From: an uncultured Pseudomonadota bacterium
GTDB taxonomy: Bacteria; Pseudomonadota; Alphaproteobacteria; RF32; CAG-239
NCBI GenBank assembly: GCA_902761535.1
Contig: CACWKS010000008.1
Location: forward strand, 9,022-73,021
Direction: 5' to 3'
DNA length: 64,000 bases
How positions within the stretch are numbered: the first letter of the stretch is position 1; the number at the start of each line of letters is the position of its first letter. Both the position numbers and the translations under genes were made by a program. Of the stretch, positions 36,938 to 47,742 are shown piece after piece. The notes under the pieces were generated by a model. The model saw nothing but the letters and a program-made list of their open reading frames with translations. It ran no database searches and was not told the DNA's origin.

Positions 36938-36976
36938 ATGATGGTATCGTGATTACCATCGTAGCAATCACGATAA
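36938..36976. promoter_or_regulatory. Two overlapping inverted repeats upstream of tspO
   Basis: GATGGTA/TACCATC (36940-46 / 36954-60) and ATCGTGATT/AATCACGAT (36946-54 / 36966-74) share bases, so the two stems are mutually exclusive. Confidence 0.3.
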
Positions 36977-37057
36977 TGTTGACACTGTGGCGGCTATACA
37001 TCATTTTGCTGGGAGAGATTGTTTATGGGTATGTTCTACTAAAAGCAAAAAGAAAAT

Positions 37058-37092
37058 AACAAAACCGCACTTTTCGTTTTTGAAAAGCGCGG
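37058..37092 (-). terminator. Rho-independent terminator after map
   Basis: On the minus strand, CCGCGCTTTTC-aaaaac-GAAAAGTGCGG followed by a T-rich run. Confidence 0.6.
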
Positions 37093-37109
37093 GTTGTTTA
37101 TTTATTTAT

Positions 37110-37916
37110 TCATTCATTATATGGTGGCTTATCCATTCCCTTAGGCGATAGGGTAAAAATTTCTGCTCCCGTCGAAGTTACGCCCAACGAATGTTCAAAT
37201 TGTGCCGATAGCGAACGATCTTTGGTCACGGCTGTCCACTCATTAGCCAAAATCGTTGCCTCTTTTTTACCGAAGTTAATCATCGGCTCAATCGTGAAAA
37301 ACATTCCTTCTTCAATTCTTGGTCCGGTTCCTTTCTTGCCGCAATGCATAACATTAGGCTCATCATGAAAAACTTTGCCCAATCCGTGCCCGCAAAACAT
37401 ATCAACCACCGAATATCCGTAATGATGGGCAATTTCCTCAATCACAGCACCGATATCACCGAAATATGCTCCCGGTTTAACTGCCTCAATTCCCCTCATC
37501 AAACATTCATAGGTCACATCACATAATCGTTTAGCTTTAACCGAAGGCTTGCCGGCATAATACATTCTTGATGTATCTCCATGCCACCCGTCGGCAATCA
37601 CCGTTACATCAATATTCAAAATTTCTCCGTCCAACAATTTACGTTCCGGTGAGGGAATTCCGTGACAAATCTCATGATTAATTGAAATACAGGTATATTT
37701 CGGATATCCGTGATAACCGATACAAGCCGACACCACACCTTTTTCTTTGATAAAACCCGCACATAAGTCGTCTAAATATTCGGTTGTTACCCCCGGTTTA
37801 ACATAAGGAGCAATAAAATCCAAACACTCTGCCGCAATTTGTCCTGCTTTGCGCATTCCTTCAAAATCTTTTTTATCGGTATGAATAACAATCCCGTCTT
37901 TATTTCGATTTGACAA
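37110..37916 (-). CDS. map: Methionine aminopeptidase type I
   Basis: Metal-ligand blocks DVTV..DGWHGD, GHGLG, FTIEP and QFEHS. Confidence 0.95.
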   Translation of the reverse strand: MSNRNKDGIVIHTDKKDFEGMRKAGQIAAECLDFIAPYVKPGVTTEYLDDLCAGFIKEKGVVSACIGYHGYPKYTCISINHEICHGIPSPERKLLDGEILNIDVTVIADGWHGDTSRMYYAGKPSVKAKRLCDVTYECLMRGIEAVKPGAYFGDIGAVIEEIAHHYGYSVVDMFCGHGLGKVFHDEPNVMHCGKKGTGPRIEEGMFFTIEPMINFGKKEATILANEWTAVTKDRSLSAQFEHSLGVTSTGAEIFTLSPKGMDKPPYNE

Positions 37917-37933
37917 TTAATTTTCCGCCTTTC

Positions 37934-38626
37934 TTAAAAAGAAATTTCCATTTTATCGCCCAATGATATACCATCATCTTCAATTTTGCAACCATAGCAC
38001 ACAAAATTTACGCCGTTTTGTTTTGCATCATACATGGCTGCTGCAGCTGTCGGGTCGATATCCCAAACAAATTTTGCTTTTGTGCAATCTTCACGCGGTG
38101 CAATCATCATAATATATCCTTTAGCTCCATTTGCTATTTTTTGATGCAAAGCTTCCAGCATCTTAATTTCAAAAAAGTTTATTTTTTGCGGAAAAGTAGC
38201 ATAGCCGTCTTTTTTGTGATAAATCGAGGTTACAAAAACAAAAGCCTTTTCATCGTTTTCACCGCTGAGTTCAAAATCTATTCCTCCGGCCTCTTCAGCT
38301 TTAAGCGAACGATAACTATTATATTCCTTAAAATCCGGCATTTGTTTACGACTGAATGCTTCCTTAAACAAAGATCGATTATATTTAGGATCAGCTAATA
38401 TCCAACCCTCATCGGTCTTAACAAACAACACGTTTTTTTTAATGATTTTTTGATTATTTTTAGCTTTTACCAATAATACCTGCATTTCCGGCTTACACAT
38501 TTCAGCAATTTCCACTGCACCGCAAAAGGCTGGTTCTTCTTTGTCATTAGCATCTTTAACATCAACAATCAGGTCGCCGATCACTCTGACTATTTTCCCG
38601 GCAGCTAATTCACCATCATAGTTCAT
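37934..38626 (-). CDS. SfsA-like nuclease-fold protein (divergent)
   Basis: N-terminal OB-like segment followed by IDFEL...FVFVTS...FP...G.KGYIMMIAPRED...DP..A.....A...GV. This follows the SfsA layout, but the usual FPDAVT.RG.KH block is altered. Confidence 0.5.
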   Translation of the reverse strand: MNYDGELAAGKIVRVIGDLIVDVKDANDKEEPAFCGAVEIAEMCKPEMQVLLVKAKNNQKIIKKNVLFVKTDEGWILADPKYNRSLFKEAFSRKQMPDFKEYNSYRSLKAEEAGGIDFELSGENDEKAFVFVTSIYHKKDGYATFPQKINFFEIKMLEALHQKIANGAKGYIMMIAPREDCTKAKFVWDIDPTAAAAMYDAKQNGVNFVCYGCKIEDDGISLGDKMEISF

Positions 38627-38798
38627 TTATTTTTATTCCTAAGCTTTTTGATTAATCAAACACTATATATAATAAAAAACCAATATTTGCAAGAGTTTTA
38701 TAATTAGAAACGCTTAAATATTTTTTAACTTATTAGTTATACAACATAAATAATAATATAGCTTAATCCGTCAAAATGACTCAAGGGAAGGGTAAAAA

Positions 38799-41193
38799 AT
38801 GAAAAAGAGTAATCTTTTATGTTTATTTTTAGGAACTACGTTTCTGACATCACCGGTATTGGCAGATGATTTTACAGTAACTTCAAATTATCTTAATTCT
38901 TTAACCGCACCTAAAGTAACATGGTCTGATGATTCTTCTTCCGGCGGTACGGCGGTTAATATCAACGGGCAAAATTTTTATTACACTTATCATAGACCCG
39001 ACAATTATACAGAAAGTTCTACCATAATTACTAATCTGGATCAGGAAGATACCTATACTCATAGAGTTTTTATCGATATAACCAATGCATCAAACAGGGT
39101 AATTTCGCTGCAAGCTGGGGGAGATATGTCAGATAAAAGTATTGTATCTGATTTTGTTAATAATACCGCAACCGGATCATCATCTGGATCAGCCGTAAAA
39201 AATAACAGTGGAGAAGGCAATACTAGCATAGTAGGATCAGTTTATGGTGATTTTATTAACAACAAAATTTTGAATACCTCAACTGCCGGTTTAGGCGGTG
39301 CAATATATATAGAAAGTCGTGGAGACGGTTCCAATGGTGCAATAGAAACTATTGAGGGTAATTTTGTAAACAATCTTTCTTCCGGCAGCAATAATTATGC
39401 TCATGGTGGTGCAATAGATAACCATGGTAGAATAGATAGTCTTAAAGCCAATTTTATTGGTAATAAAGGTATAAGTTCGGGTAGCTTTGTTATGGGCGGA
39501 GCATTAAATGTCGGAGCAATGTCTTATCCTAATGGAGGAGTTGTCGGGGTTCTTCAAGGTGATTTCATAGGCAATTCTGCAATATCGAGCAACAATTATG
39601 CCCATGGAGGAGCTATTAATAATTACGGAATTATTAATGACATAATTAACTCTAACTTCTTGTACAATGTTGTTGAAGGAAACGATTCCTCTGGCGGTGG
39701 TGCTATATATTCCAGTAAAAATTTGAATGTCAGTGCCGATAATGGCACATCATTATTTGAGGGTAACACTGTCAATGGTGAATCCAATGCCATTTATATG
39801 CTGGGAGCTGAAACAGGAATAGTTGATTTAAATCTTCGTGCTGAAAACGGCGGTGAACTTACCTTTAATGACGATATCGACGGAAGTTATTATAATATCA
39901 ATATCATAGGGGACGGCAGAGGTGATGTTGTTTTCAACCAAACGGTTGACAATGCCAATAATGTAATCATAAATGATGGCGGCATAATGAGAATGGGAAC
40001 AGAAGCAGCTATAAATTCGCAAGATTTTGATGCACCGGTCGGCGGAACACGAAGCTTAAAAGTAGATATCGAAGTTGATCGTGCCAATGAAACGACTAAA
40101 TCAGGTTTAATCACTTTGACCGGCGATGTTAAAGGCGACTACAAAGTTATAGTCAATTCGCTCAATAGAGATGGTTATGAAGGTGCCAATACCATGTTCT
40201 TGACTGCCCCGAACGACAGCGATGAAACTGATGAAAATTTCACGGTCAGCCGCATAATCGGCAGTCCGCATGAATGGGAAGCGATACGTAATTACGGAGG
40301 TGAAACCTCTGGCTCAAATTGGTATTTAGCTTTAACTAAATATGAAACCCCCGAAGTTGTAGCCGCCATCGGCTTGCATCAGGCAGCAATCGAGCAAACC
40401 CGCAGTGTTACCCGTAATATAGCCAACAAAGTTGCCGCCGGTAGAGAATATTGCCCGAATTGCGGTGTATATGACTACAATTGGGACGGCGAAAAATTGC
40501 GCAACTTATGGGTATTGGTCAACGGCGAGAATGCTCAAATTGACAAGCATATTGATATGGAAGCCAAAATCTGGGGTATTGAAGCCGGATTTGATATGCA
40601 AAAAGATCGGCTCGGATATTGATATCGATAGCTATCTGGCCGGTTTATACTACCGTTATGACCGTAATATGAATTGGTTGTTTGCCACTATCTACGGCGG
40701 CCTGCAAAAAGCTGAAATCAAAACTAATGATGGTGTAACCGAATTTGATACCGATGGTGTTGAGCTAGGTGCCGGAGTAGAGGTAGGACGCACTATACCG
40801 TTGAATGATACCGTCACCTTAACCCCGAGTTTCGGCTTGTATTATAATCAAGTCAACTTTGATGAAGCAGATGATAATGTCGGCAAACATTATAAATGGA
40901 GCACTATCCGCCATGCCGAAGCTGAAGCCGGAGTTCGCTTGGAAAAACAATTTGAGCGTGGTAAATTATACCTCAAACCGAGTATAATCCGCACCTTAAC
41001 CGGTAATGATAAAGTCAAAATCACCGGCATGGACGAGGCTGACACTTATCATGACCAAACTTTAGGACGTATCGAGGTCGGCGGACGCTATGGCTTTACC
41101 GATGCTTTCTCAGGCTATGCTTGGGGTAATTACACCTTTGGCTCGGATTACCAAGCAACCGGAGCCGGAGCCGGCGTCAGCTACTCTTGGTAA
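38799..41193 (+). pseudogene. Pmp-repeat (GGAI / FxxN) autotransporter adhesin, split by a +1 frameshift near 40600-40604
   Basis: Signal peptide, then repeated GGAI(Y/D/N) and (N/D)F(V/I)(N/G)N motifs. The beta-barrel ending in SYSW lies in another frame (track ORF 40432-41193). The frames meet at an A5 run. Confidence 0.75.
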
Positions 41194-41210
41194 ACGTTAC
41201 CTTTATTCAC

Positions 41211-41240
41211 AAAAATCCCCGAAAATCGGGGATTTTTTTT
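41211..41240. terminator. Bidirectional terminator
   Basis: AAAAATCCCCGaaaaTCGGGGATTTTTTTT. Confidence 0.75.
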
Positions 41241-41243
41241 GGT

Positions 41244-42983
41244 TTATGCTTTTTTTAACATAACTTCCGGCGCTTCAATACCCAACAAATACAACATTTG
41301 TTTTAATACATCACGCACCAATTTAGCCATTGTCAGACGTGATGTTGCCAACTCGGTGTTCTCCTCGCTCATAATCGGCGCCACATTATAAAATCCGGAA
41401 AAAATCTGCGCCAAAGTATAAGCATAATCAGCAATAATACTCGGCTCTTTTTCTTGATGTGCACGCCAAACTATCGTATTAAGTTGCGATATTTTTAATG
41501 CCAAATCGCGCTCCTCCGGCAAATTGATAATAATTTTACCGATTGATAAATTGCGCTCTTGTGCCTTACGCAAAATCGAATTTATACGAGCAATCGCATA
41601 TTGAATATAAGGACCGGTTTTACCATCAAACTTGGCAAAATCTTCCATGTCAAATACATATCCCGAAGCGGTATTATTCTTCAAATCTTGGAATTTAATG
41701 GCACCAACGGCAATTTGATTGACCATTTTTTCAATTTCTTTTTCGCCAAAACCATCAACTTCATTCGGAGCCGGCATTGATTCGCGAACTTTATCTTTAG
41801 ACAACTTAATCAAATTTTCCAAAGTCATTACCCCGCCATCACGCGTCTTAAAAGGCTTACCGTCTGCTCCGTTAACCGTGCCGAAACCATAATGTTTCAT
41901 CTTGACGTTCGGCGCAATACCTAATTTTTCCACCGCCTGAAAAACTTGTTCAAAGTGTAAAGATTGACGTTGGTCGACAAAGTAATATATTTCTTGAGCA
42001 TTAAATTCATCAACTCGGCGTTTAATAGTGGCAATATCTGTAATTTGATAACCGAAACCGCCGTCACGCTTAATCAAAATAATCGGAGGCATCGGTTTGT
42101 TATCTTCCTCCAAGCGCATAATCAAAGCGCCGTCGTCCATCTCGGCTAAGCCTTTTTCTTTAGCCATATCCACTACCTTGAAACTCATTTCATGGGCGTC
42201 ACTTTCACCCCACCACAAGTCAAAATTGACATCTAAAGCATCATAATTTTCTTTAATTGCCTCAATCGATACTTTGCGTAAATGTTGCCATGCTTTGCGA
42301 TATTCAGCCTCTCCGTCTTGCAGCTTTGCCGTGATAATACGAGCTTGTTCTTTGGCCGTTTCATCTTCTTTGCAACGAATATTGGCTTGCTTATAAAATT
42401 CGGTAATTTGATTGATATCATAACTTTCGGTTTTGCTTAAATCTCCGTCATGATTGATAATTTCCGCCAAAATCATTCCCATCGGCGTTCCCCAATCGCC
42501 CAAATGGACATCACCGATAACTTTATTGCCGATAAATTTTTCAATTCTTCGCACTGCCTCACCGATAACACCGGCACGCAAATGTCCTACGTGCATGGCT
42601 TTTGCCGCATTAGGTCCGCCATAATCCAATACTACCGTTTGCGGCTGAGTAACTTTTTGAATACCGAAATCACTGCCGTTTTCCATTTGTTGTAAAACTT
42701 CGGCAATAAATTCATTAGTGATGCTCATGTTCAAAAATCCCGGTCCGTCAACCGAAACTTTGGCAAAACAATTATCTTTTTTAACTTCATCGGCAATCAT
42801 TGTTGCAATTTCACGCGGATTCTTATGCAGAGATTTTGCCAAAGCCAGAGCTCCGTTACATTGAAAATCACTCAAATCCGGACGATCGGAGGTTTTACAA
42901 ACAGCATAAGCCGTATCCAACCCCAAATGAGCAAATATATCATACATTTTTTGATTAATAACATTATCTAAAGACAAGTTCAT
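41244..42983 (-). CDS. argS: Arginine--tRNA ligase
   Basis: Class I HIGH-type block (AMHVGHLR) and conserved ArgS C-terminal anticodon-binding domain. Start set at MNLSLDN (ATG 42983, AAGGAA RBS) because the longer track ORF overlaps the upstream gene. Confidence 0.95.
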   Translation of the reverse strand: MNLSLDNVINQKMYDIFAHLGLDTAYAVCKTSDRPDLSDFQCNGALALAKSLHKNPREIATMIADEVKKDNCFAKVSVDGPGFLNMSITNEFIAEVLQQMENGSDFGIQKVTQPQTVVLDYGGPNAAKAMHVGHLRAGVIGEAVRRIEKFIGNKVIGDVHLGDWGTPMGMILAEIINHDGDLSKTESYDINQITEFYKQANIRCKEDETAKEQARIITAKLQDGEAEYRKAWQHLRKVSIEAIKENYDALDVNFDLWWGESDAHEMSFKVVDMAKEKGLAEMDDGALIMRLEEDNKPMPPIILIKRDGGFGYQITDIATIKRRVDEFNAQEIYYFVDQRQSLHFEQVFQAVEKLGIAPNVKMKHYGFGTVNGADGKPFKTRDGGVMTLENLIKLSKDKVRESMPAPNEVDGFGEKEIEKMVNQIAVGAIKFQDLKNNTASGYVFDMEDFAKFDGKTGPYIQYAIARINSILRKAQERNLSIGKIIINLPEERDLALKISQLNTIVWRAHQEKEPSIIADYAYTLAQIFSGFYNVAPIMSEENTELATSRLTMAKLVRDVLKQMLYLLGIEAPEVMLKKA

Positions 42984-42994
42984 TTTGATTTTCC

Positions 42995-43324
42995 TTATTG
43001 CTCGCATTTAAAATAGTAATGATTTGGTACTAACAAACGACAGCTGAAAACAGTCTCTTTAACCGGAGTGGCACGAGTGCCGGTTTTGTTCTTTACACAC
43101 TCCTCATCAGCCAGTTTTTGCACCTCATCAAATGATGTATACAAACGATTATAACATATTGCCGGCTCATCAGGTTTTGATTTTCCGACATATAAAGCTC
43201 CGTTGCTCAAACCTCCGGCCTCTCTGCGTCTGTCAACAAACGGTCCGAACTGTGATGCACAACTGCTTAAAATTGCGGTCAACATCAATATATTTATGAT
43301 TTTATATCTTGCCAATTTTAACAA
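42995..43324 (-). CDS. Hypothetical lipoprotein
   Basis: Lipobox ILSSC, with 6 further Cys residues. Sits immediately upstream of argS. Confidence 0.5.
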   Translation of the reverse strand: MLKLARYKIINILMLTAILSSCASQFGPFVDRRREAGGLSNGALYVGKSKPDEPAICYNRLYTSFDEVQKLADEECVKNKTGTRATPVKETVFSCRLLVPNHYYFKCEQ

Positions 43325-43381
43325 AGCTCCTTATACTCAAAATCAAATTCGTATCAACAACTATAACAAGAAGAATTAAAA

Positions 43382-43966
43382 ATGCAAGCAAACAAATACA
43401 TCGGTGATGAAGCCTTTATCAAAATGTTGGATCACTATAATTGTCCGACACCGCTGAATGTGGTTAAAATGCGCTTTTGCGGAGCAATTTGCTCACCTAA
43501 CTTAAAATTACGTCCGGCAGATGTTATATCTTCTTTTTGGGAGGAGGGGGCAGCACCGCGCTTGACGACTAAAGCCGAAGCCGACTTGTTTTTCAAATTT
43601 TTCATGGGGTTGTGGGACGAAATATTTTCTTCTGTTTCCCAAAATAAAGTCAAAATATCACATATCGAAAATAATGACATCACCGCTTATTGCCAAATGC
43701 GTTATGATGAAGTAGAACAGGGGTTCGTTGAGGGATTTTTCGGCGGTGAAGAAAATTTGCAAATGCAAGGTTATTTGGCACAAATTGTCGATTCTCTCTC
43801 CGAATTGGCTTTAGCTTATCAAAAAATAGGTGCCAAAGGAGAACACTCGACAGCTGTATGGGATGCCGTCCGTCATACCGATAAGATGGTCGAACGCTCA
43901 ATAGCCTTTATTATCGAAAATTCGGTCCTTCCGCGTATCAAACAGTTACGTCGCCAAGTCAATTAA
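43382..43966 (+). CDS. Hypothetical protein, possibly UPF0149 (YecA N-terminal-like)
   Basis: Weak pattern resemblance only (CGAICSP...P..V...FW....P.......A...F..F..LWDEI). Confidence 0.4.
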   Translation: MQANKYIGDEAFIKMLDHYNCPTPLNVVKMRFCGAICSPNLKLRPADVISSFWEEGAAPRLTTKAEADLFFKFFMGLWDEIFSSVSQNKVKISHIENNDITAYCQMRYDEVEQGFVEGFFGGEENLQMQGYLAQIVDSLSELALAYQKIGAKGEHSTAVWDAVRHTDKMVERSIAFIIENSVLPRIKQLRRQVN

Positions 43967-44622
43967 ATCAGAGCACAAGAATAAAGTATGGCGAAAAAGT
44001 GCATTATTGTCCCCAGTAATACAAAGAAATGCCAAATTGCGTGAGTAAAAGCTTTTCTTTTGTTAATATAAAACAAAACTCCGAAGGTATAAGCTAATCC
44101 GCCTAATATCAAAAATACAATTCCTTTAGTCGGCAGATGTTCAAACAATGTCTTGGATGCAAAAACTATCAACCACCCCATTGCCAAATATAATCCGATT
44201 GACCAAAACTTGGCTCCGTTACCGTCGCTGAACAATTTCAGGAATGTTCCCAACAAAGCCAATCCCCAAATAATTCCAAATATACTCCACCCCAAAGCTC
44301 CTCGTAAATTCACCAGCATAAAGGGAGTATAGCTGCCGGCAATCAAATAATATATTGATATATGATCAAATTTTTTTAATATTTTTCTGCGGCTGTCGCT
44401 TTTTGCCGCATGATACAAGGTTGAAGCGGTATACAGCAACACCATCGACACACCGAATATCACTGTTGAAACAATATTCCAAGCATTTCCGTATATAGCC
44501 GAAAAAGTAGCCAATATGCTTATGGCGGCAATTCCCAAAACAATACCTATTCCATGAATAATGCAACTCCACAATTCTTCTTGCGGCGAATATCTTGTTA
44601 AAACTGTTGCACGCATAATCAA
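43963..44622 (-). CDS. Hemolysin III / PAQR-family membrane protein
   Basis: 7-TM protein with H...G, HIFVV-like HFFVLLG and LYHA blocks. Confidence 0.85.
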   Translation of the reverse strand: MIMRATVLTRYSPQEELWSCIIHGIGIVLGIAAISILATFSAIYGNAWNIVSTVIFGVSMVLLYTASTLYHAAKSDSRRKILKKFDHISIYYLIAGSYTPFMLVNLRGALGWSIFGIIWGLALLGTFLKLFSDGNGAKFWSIGLYLAMGWLIVFASKTLFEHLPTKGIVFLILGGLAYTFGVLFYINKRKAFTHAIWHFFVLLGTIMHFFAILYSCALI

Positions 44623-44787
44623 ATCCTCTCAATTCTTTATCATATAAAAAAATAATCGAGCTTGTCGCTTTCGTCAAGTAGGCACTTTTTTTAGATTTAG
44701 TATGCATAAAGAAACTAACCGCCGATATTTTTTTGCTTCTATCTTTAAAATCATCTTGTCATTACTATATCTTGAATAAGATGTATA

Positions 44788-45408
44788 ATGGAGATGATTA
44801 TGAAAGTTATAATTGCTGACCAACAACCCGTATATCGCGACGGACTTAAACACAATTTAGCCAAACTTAATTCTCAAACAACCTTTTTTGATGCTTCGTC
44901 AACCGAGCAAATCAAAGATATTTTAAGTCGCAACAATGATATCAATTTAATATTGACTGATGTTGATATACTTCGCCCGGATTGGGAAAGTAAAATTCGA
45001 GAATTGTTTAGTAATTTTTATGTACCTAAAATCGGGCTTATGAGTGAAAAACAAAATATGCTTGATTATCAAAAAGCCCAACATATCGGTTTATGTTGCT
45101 ATTTACCCAAAAATGTCGAAAGTGACGAGCTTCAACAAGCATTTAATACTGTCCTAAACGGCAAAAATTACTATCCTCACATTATTAAAACTGCACAATT
45201 AATCAATGATAATGATAAAAAGCTTACCAATCGCCAATTTGAGGTGCTTAAATATTTAGCCCAAGGATTATCAAATAAACAAATTGCATATCATATGAAT
45301 GTTTCCGAGGCTACGGTCAAATTGCATATCAATGCTTTGCTGCGTGCTATTGATGCCACCAATCGAACCCAAGCGGTGGTCAAATCGCAAAAACTGGGTT
45401 TGATTTGA
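44788..45408 (+). CDS. NarL/FixJ-type response regulator (REC + LuxR HTH), orphan
   Basis: REC domain with acceptor LILTDVDI and KP pair. The first acidic pair is reduced to DQ. C-terminal LTNRQFEVLKYLAQGLSNKQIA HTH. No kinase gene nearby. Confidence 0.8.
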   Translation: MEMIMKVIIADQQPVYRDGLKHNLAKLNSQTTFFDASSTEQIKDILSRNNDINLILTDVDILRPDWESKIRELFSNFYVPKIGLMSEKQNMLDYQKAQHIGLCCYLPKNVESDELQQAFNTVLNGKNYYPHIIKTAQLINDNDKKLTNRQFEVLKYLAQGLSNKQIAYHMNVSEATVKLHINALLRAIDATNRTQAVVKSQKLGLI

Positions 45409-46296
45409 TTACCATCTTAAAGTGCAATTTTTTGCCGCTGCCGACATTTTAACTTTAATACCCAAAGGTATAATATGTCGCTCCGGAATATGCCCATAAG
45501 CAAAATCACAAATTACCGGAACATTTAACCCTTTGGCAAAGTCACTGATGCAATCGGCAATTGTCCCGTCATTCTTATCCTTAATTTCACAATCGGAAAA
45601 TTTGCCGAATATAATACCTTTTAATTCGTCAAAATGCGGCTGTTGTTTAAGCTGTTGTAACCACAAATCAATCTTATAAGTTTTCTCTCCCACATCCTCC
45701 AGCAACAATATCTTACCGCGTAAATTGGGAAAATATTTTGTTCCGCACAGCAGGTTAAACACACTCAAACATCCTCCGACAATTTTTCCCTCGGTTTTAC
45801 CTGATTTCAAACATTTTCCCGAACTGATTTCATGCTTATCCTCAAACAAGGTTTTTTGTAATTCTTTTACCATAAATTCGTTGATTTTGCCGGTTTTTAC
45901 TTCATACAGAGGGAGAAATCCGGTCAATGAGATATTGTTTGCCAGTTTAACTGCTGCATTTTGCAAAGCTGTTGAATCGCTTAAACCTATAATCGGTTTT
46001 GGATGTTTTTTGAGCAACGCAAAATCAACTTTATCAAGCATTCTGGTTGCACCGGCACCGCCGCGCAAACAAAACAGTGCCTTAACCTTGCTATCTTTAA
46101 CCATACGATTAAATTCTTTTGCGCGCACTTCATCGCTTCCGGCCATATAGCGAAAGCTGTCGGTCAGATTGTCGGCATAAATAACTTTCAGTTCCAGTTG
46201 TTCAAACAGCCTTTTCAATAGCGGCAAATCTGTTTTTTTTCCTCCGCATGACGGTGCTATCAAACCGACCGTATCACCTTTTTTCAGCAAGCTCAT
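45409..46296 (-). CDS. ldcA: LD-carboxypeptidase (peptidase S66)
   Basis: GDTVGLIAPS, GLSDSTAL (nucleophile Ser) and YGHIPE (His) blocks. Confidence 0.8.
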   Translation of the reverse strand: MSLLKKGDTVGLIAPSCGGKKTDLPLLKRLFEQLELKVIYADNLTDSFRYMAGSDEVRAKEFNRMVKDSKVKALFCLRGGAGATRMLDKVDFALLKKHPKPIIGLSDSTALQNAAVKLANNISLTGFLPLYEVKTGKINEFMVKELQKTLFEDKHEISSGKCLKSGKTEGKIVGGCLSVFNLLCGTKYFPNLRGKILLLEDVGEKTYKIDLWLQQLKQQPHFDELKGIIFGKFSDCEIKDKNDGTIADCISDFAKGLNVPVICDFAYGHIPERHIIPLGIKVKMSAAAKNCTLRW

Positions 46297-47660
46297 TTTA
46301 TTTTCTCCAAAATTCTATATCCCATATCGGTTATGGAATTGTCTCTTGCCCCCATCAACACTACTCTGTCACCTTCATGAACAATCTTTAACAGATGTTT
46401 TTCCAAATCATCACGCTTTTCAAAAAAGTAAGCTTGTTTTTGTAATCTAATCGCATAGTCAATCAAATCCCTTGAAGAAATATCACGATTAACCGTGCCG
46501 CCCGAAAAATAGATTTCCGGCATCATTAAAATATCATCATTATCCATATATTTGGCAAAACTTTCAATAATTTCTTTTCCCATCAATCTCATCGGAGCAA
46601 ATCCGTGCGGTTGAAACATAATCAATAATCTTCCCTTATAAGCTTTCAATGCCGACATCGAAGCCGCCACTTTGTCCGGATTATGAGCAAAATCATCAAT
46701 CACGGTTATATTATTGCTTTTGCCTAATACTTCCAATCTGCGTTTAGTTCCGGCAAATCCTTGCAAAATTTCACAAGCTTTGGTTGCCTCAACACTTGAC
46801 ATTGAACATACCGCAACTGCCGCCGCTGCATTTGCAACATTAAAACGTCCGATTAAATTCAAATGATAATTTTTGCCCTTAAAATTGTAATTTGTTCCGT
46901 CATCGGTAGCTTTGATATCCTCAAAATAAAAATCAGCTTTGGGATTATCAATCGCAAAAGTAACAGTATTAGGGTGTTTGTTTAATAATTTTATCGTATG
47001 TTTACAATCCGCATTAAGCACTGCACCGAATTTAGCCCTGGCTGCAAAATCACCGAATAAAACTTCCAACTCTTCCAAAGATTTATGATCAAGCGATATA
47101 TTGTTGACCACAGATATATAAGGTGTGTATTTTTCAATTGAACCGTCACTTTCGTCAGCTTCAATTACGCAAATATCTCCTTTGTTTAATATCACATTGG
47201 CAATCCCCGGCATATCTTTATAATTTTGCATACCGGCACCGTTAATTACTGTCGGTTTCAAACCGGCCTTATCCAAAATATATCCGACCATTGCCGTCAA
47301 TGTTGATTTTCCCGAAGTCCCTCCGATAGCAATTCCTTTCGGGTAAGAAGCAAAAACTTCCGCCAACAAATCCGAGCGTCTTTTCACCGGAATATTTTTT
47401 TCCAAAGCTCTTTTGACATCAGGTATAGTGCTTTCCACCGCGGTTGAGGTGTATAACACTTCCAAATCATTATCCAACATTGATCCGTCTTGCGGACAAA
47501 TTTTAATTCCGATATCGCTTAAAGCTTTTTTAATTTTGCCTTCTTTTCCTTGATCAAAACTGCGATCCGAGCCGTAAACCTCACAACCTTGCGCTTTTAA
47601 CACCTGTGCCAATGCACTCATTCCCGAACCTGCAACCGCACAAAACCCTGCTTTTCTCAT
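46293..47660 (-). CDS. mpl: Mur ligase family protein, most likely UDP-MurNAc:tripeptide ligase Mpl (MurC-like)
   Basis: GSGMSALAQ, GTSGKST P-loop and DDFAHNP blocks. 4-nt overlap with ldcA supports a recycling role. Mpl versus MurC cannot be separated by eye. Confidence 0.65.
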   Translation of the reverse strand: MRKAGFCAVAGSGMSALAQVLKAQGCEVYGSDRSFDQGKEGKIKKALSDIGIKICPQDGSMLDNDLEVLYTSTAVESTIPDVKRALEKNIPVKRRSDLLAEVFASYPKGIAIGGTSGKSTLTAMVGYILDKAGLKPTVINGAGMQNYKDMPGIANVILNKGDICVIEADESDGSIEKYTPYISVVNNISLDHKSLEELEVLFGDFAARAKFGAVLNADCKHTIKLLNKHPNTVTFAIDNPKADFYFEDIKATDDGTNYNFKGKNYHLNLIGRFNVANAAAAVAVCSMSSVEATKACEILQGFAGTKRRLEVLGKSNNITVIDDFAHNPDKVAASMSALKAYKGRLLIMFQPHGFAPMRLMGKEIIESFAKYMDNDDILMMPEIYFSGGTVNRDISSRDLIDYAIRLQKQAYFFEKRDDLEKHLLKIVHEGDRVVLMGARDNSITDMGYRILEKIK

Positions 47661-47674
47661 ATTTTCATCCTAAT

Positions 47675-47712
47675 AAAAATTGCCGTTTATGCAATATCAT
47701 AAACGGCAATTG
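47675..47712 (-). terminator. Terminator after batD
   Basis: AATTGCCGTTTATG-N6-CATAAACGGCAATT (14-bp stem), T-rich on the minus strand. Confidence 0.65.
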
Positions 47713-47742
47713 GTTAAATTTTATCTAAAATCGGCAGAGATT

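Noticed and set aside
40432-41193. Track ORF treated as a separate 253-aa gene
   Set aside because: Its first ~60 codons are out-of-frame read-through of the passenger domain. The meaningful part is the autotransporter beta-barrel, which belongs to the frameshifted gene 38799-41193.
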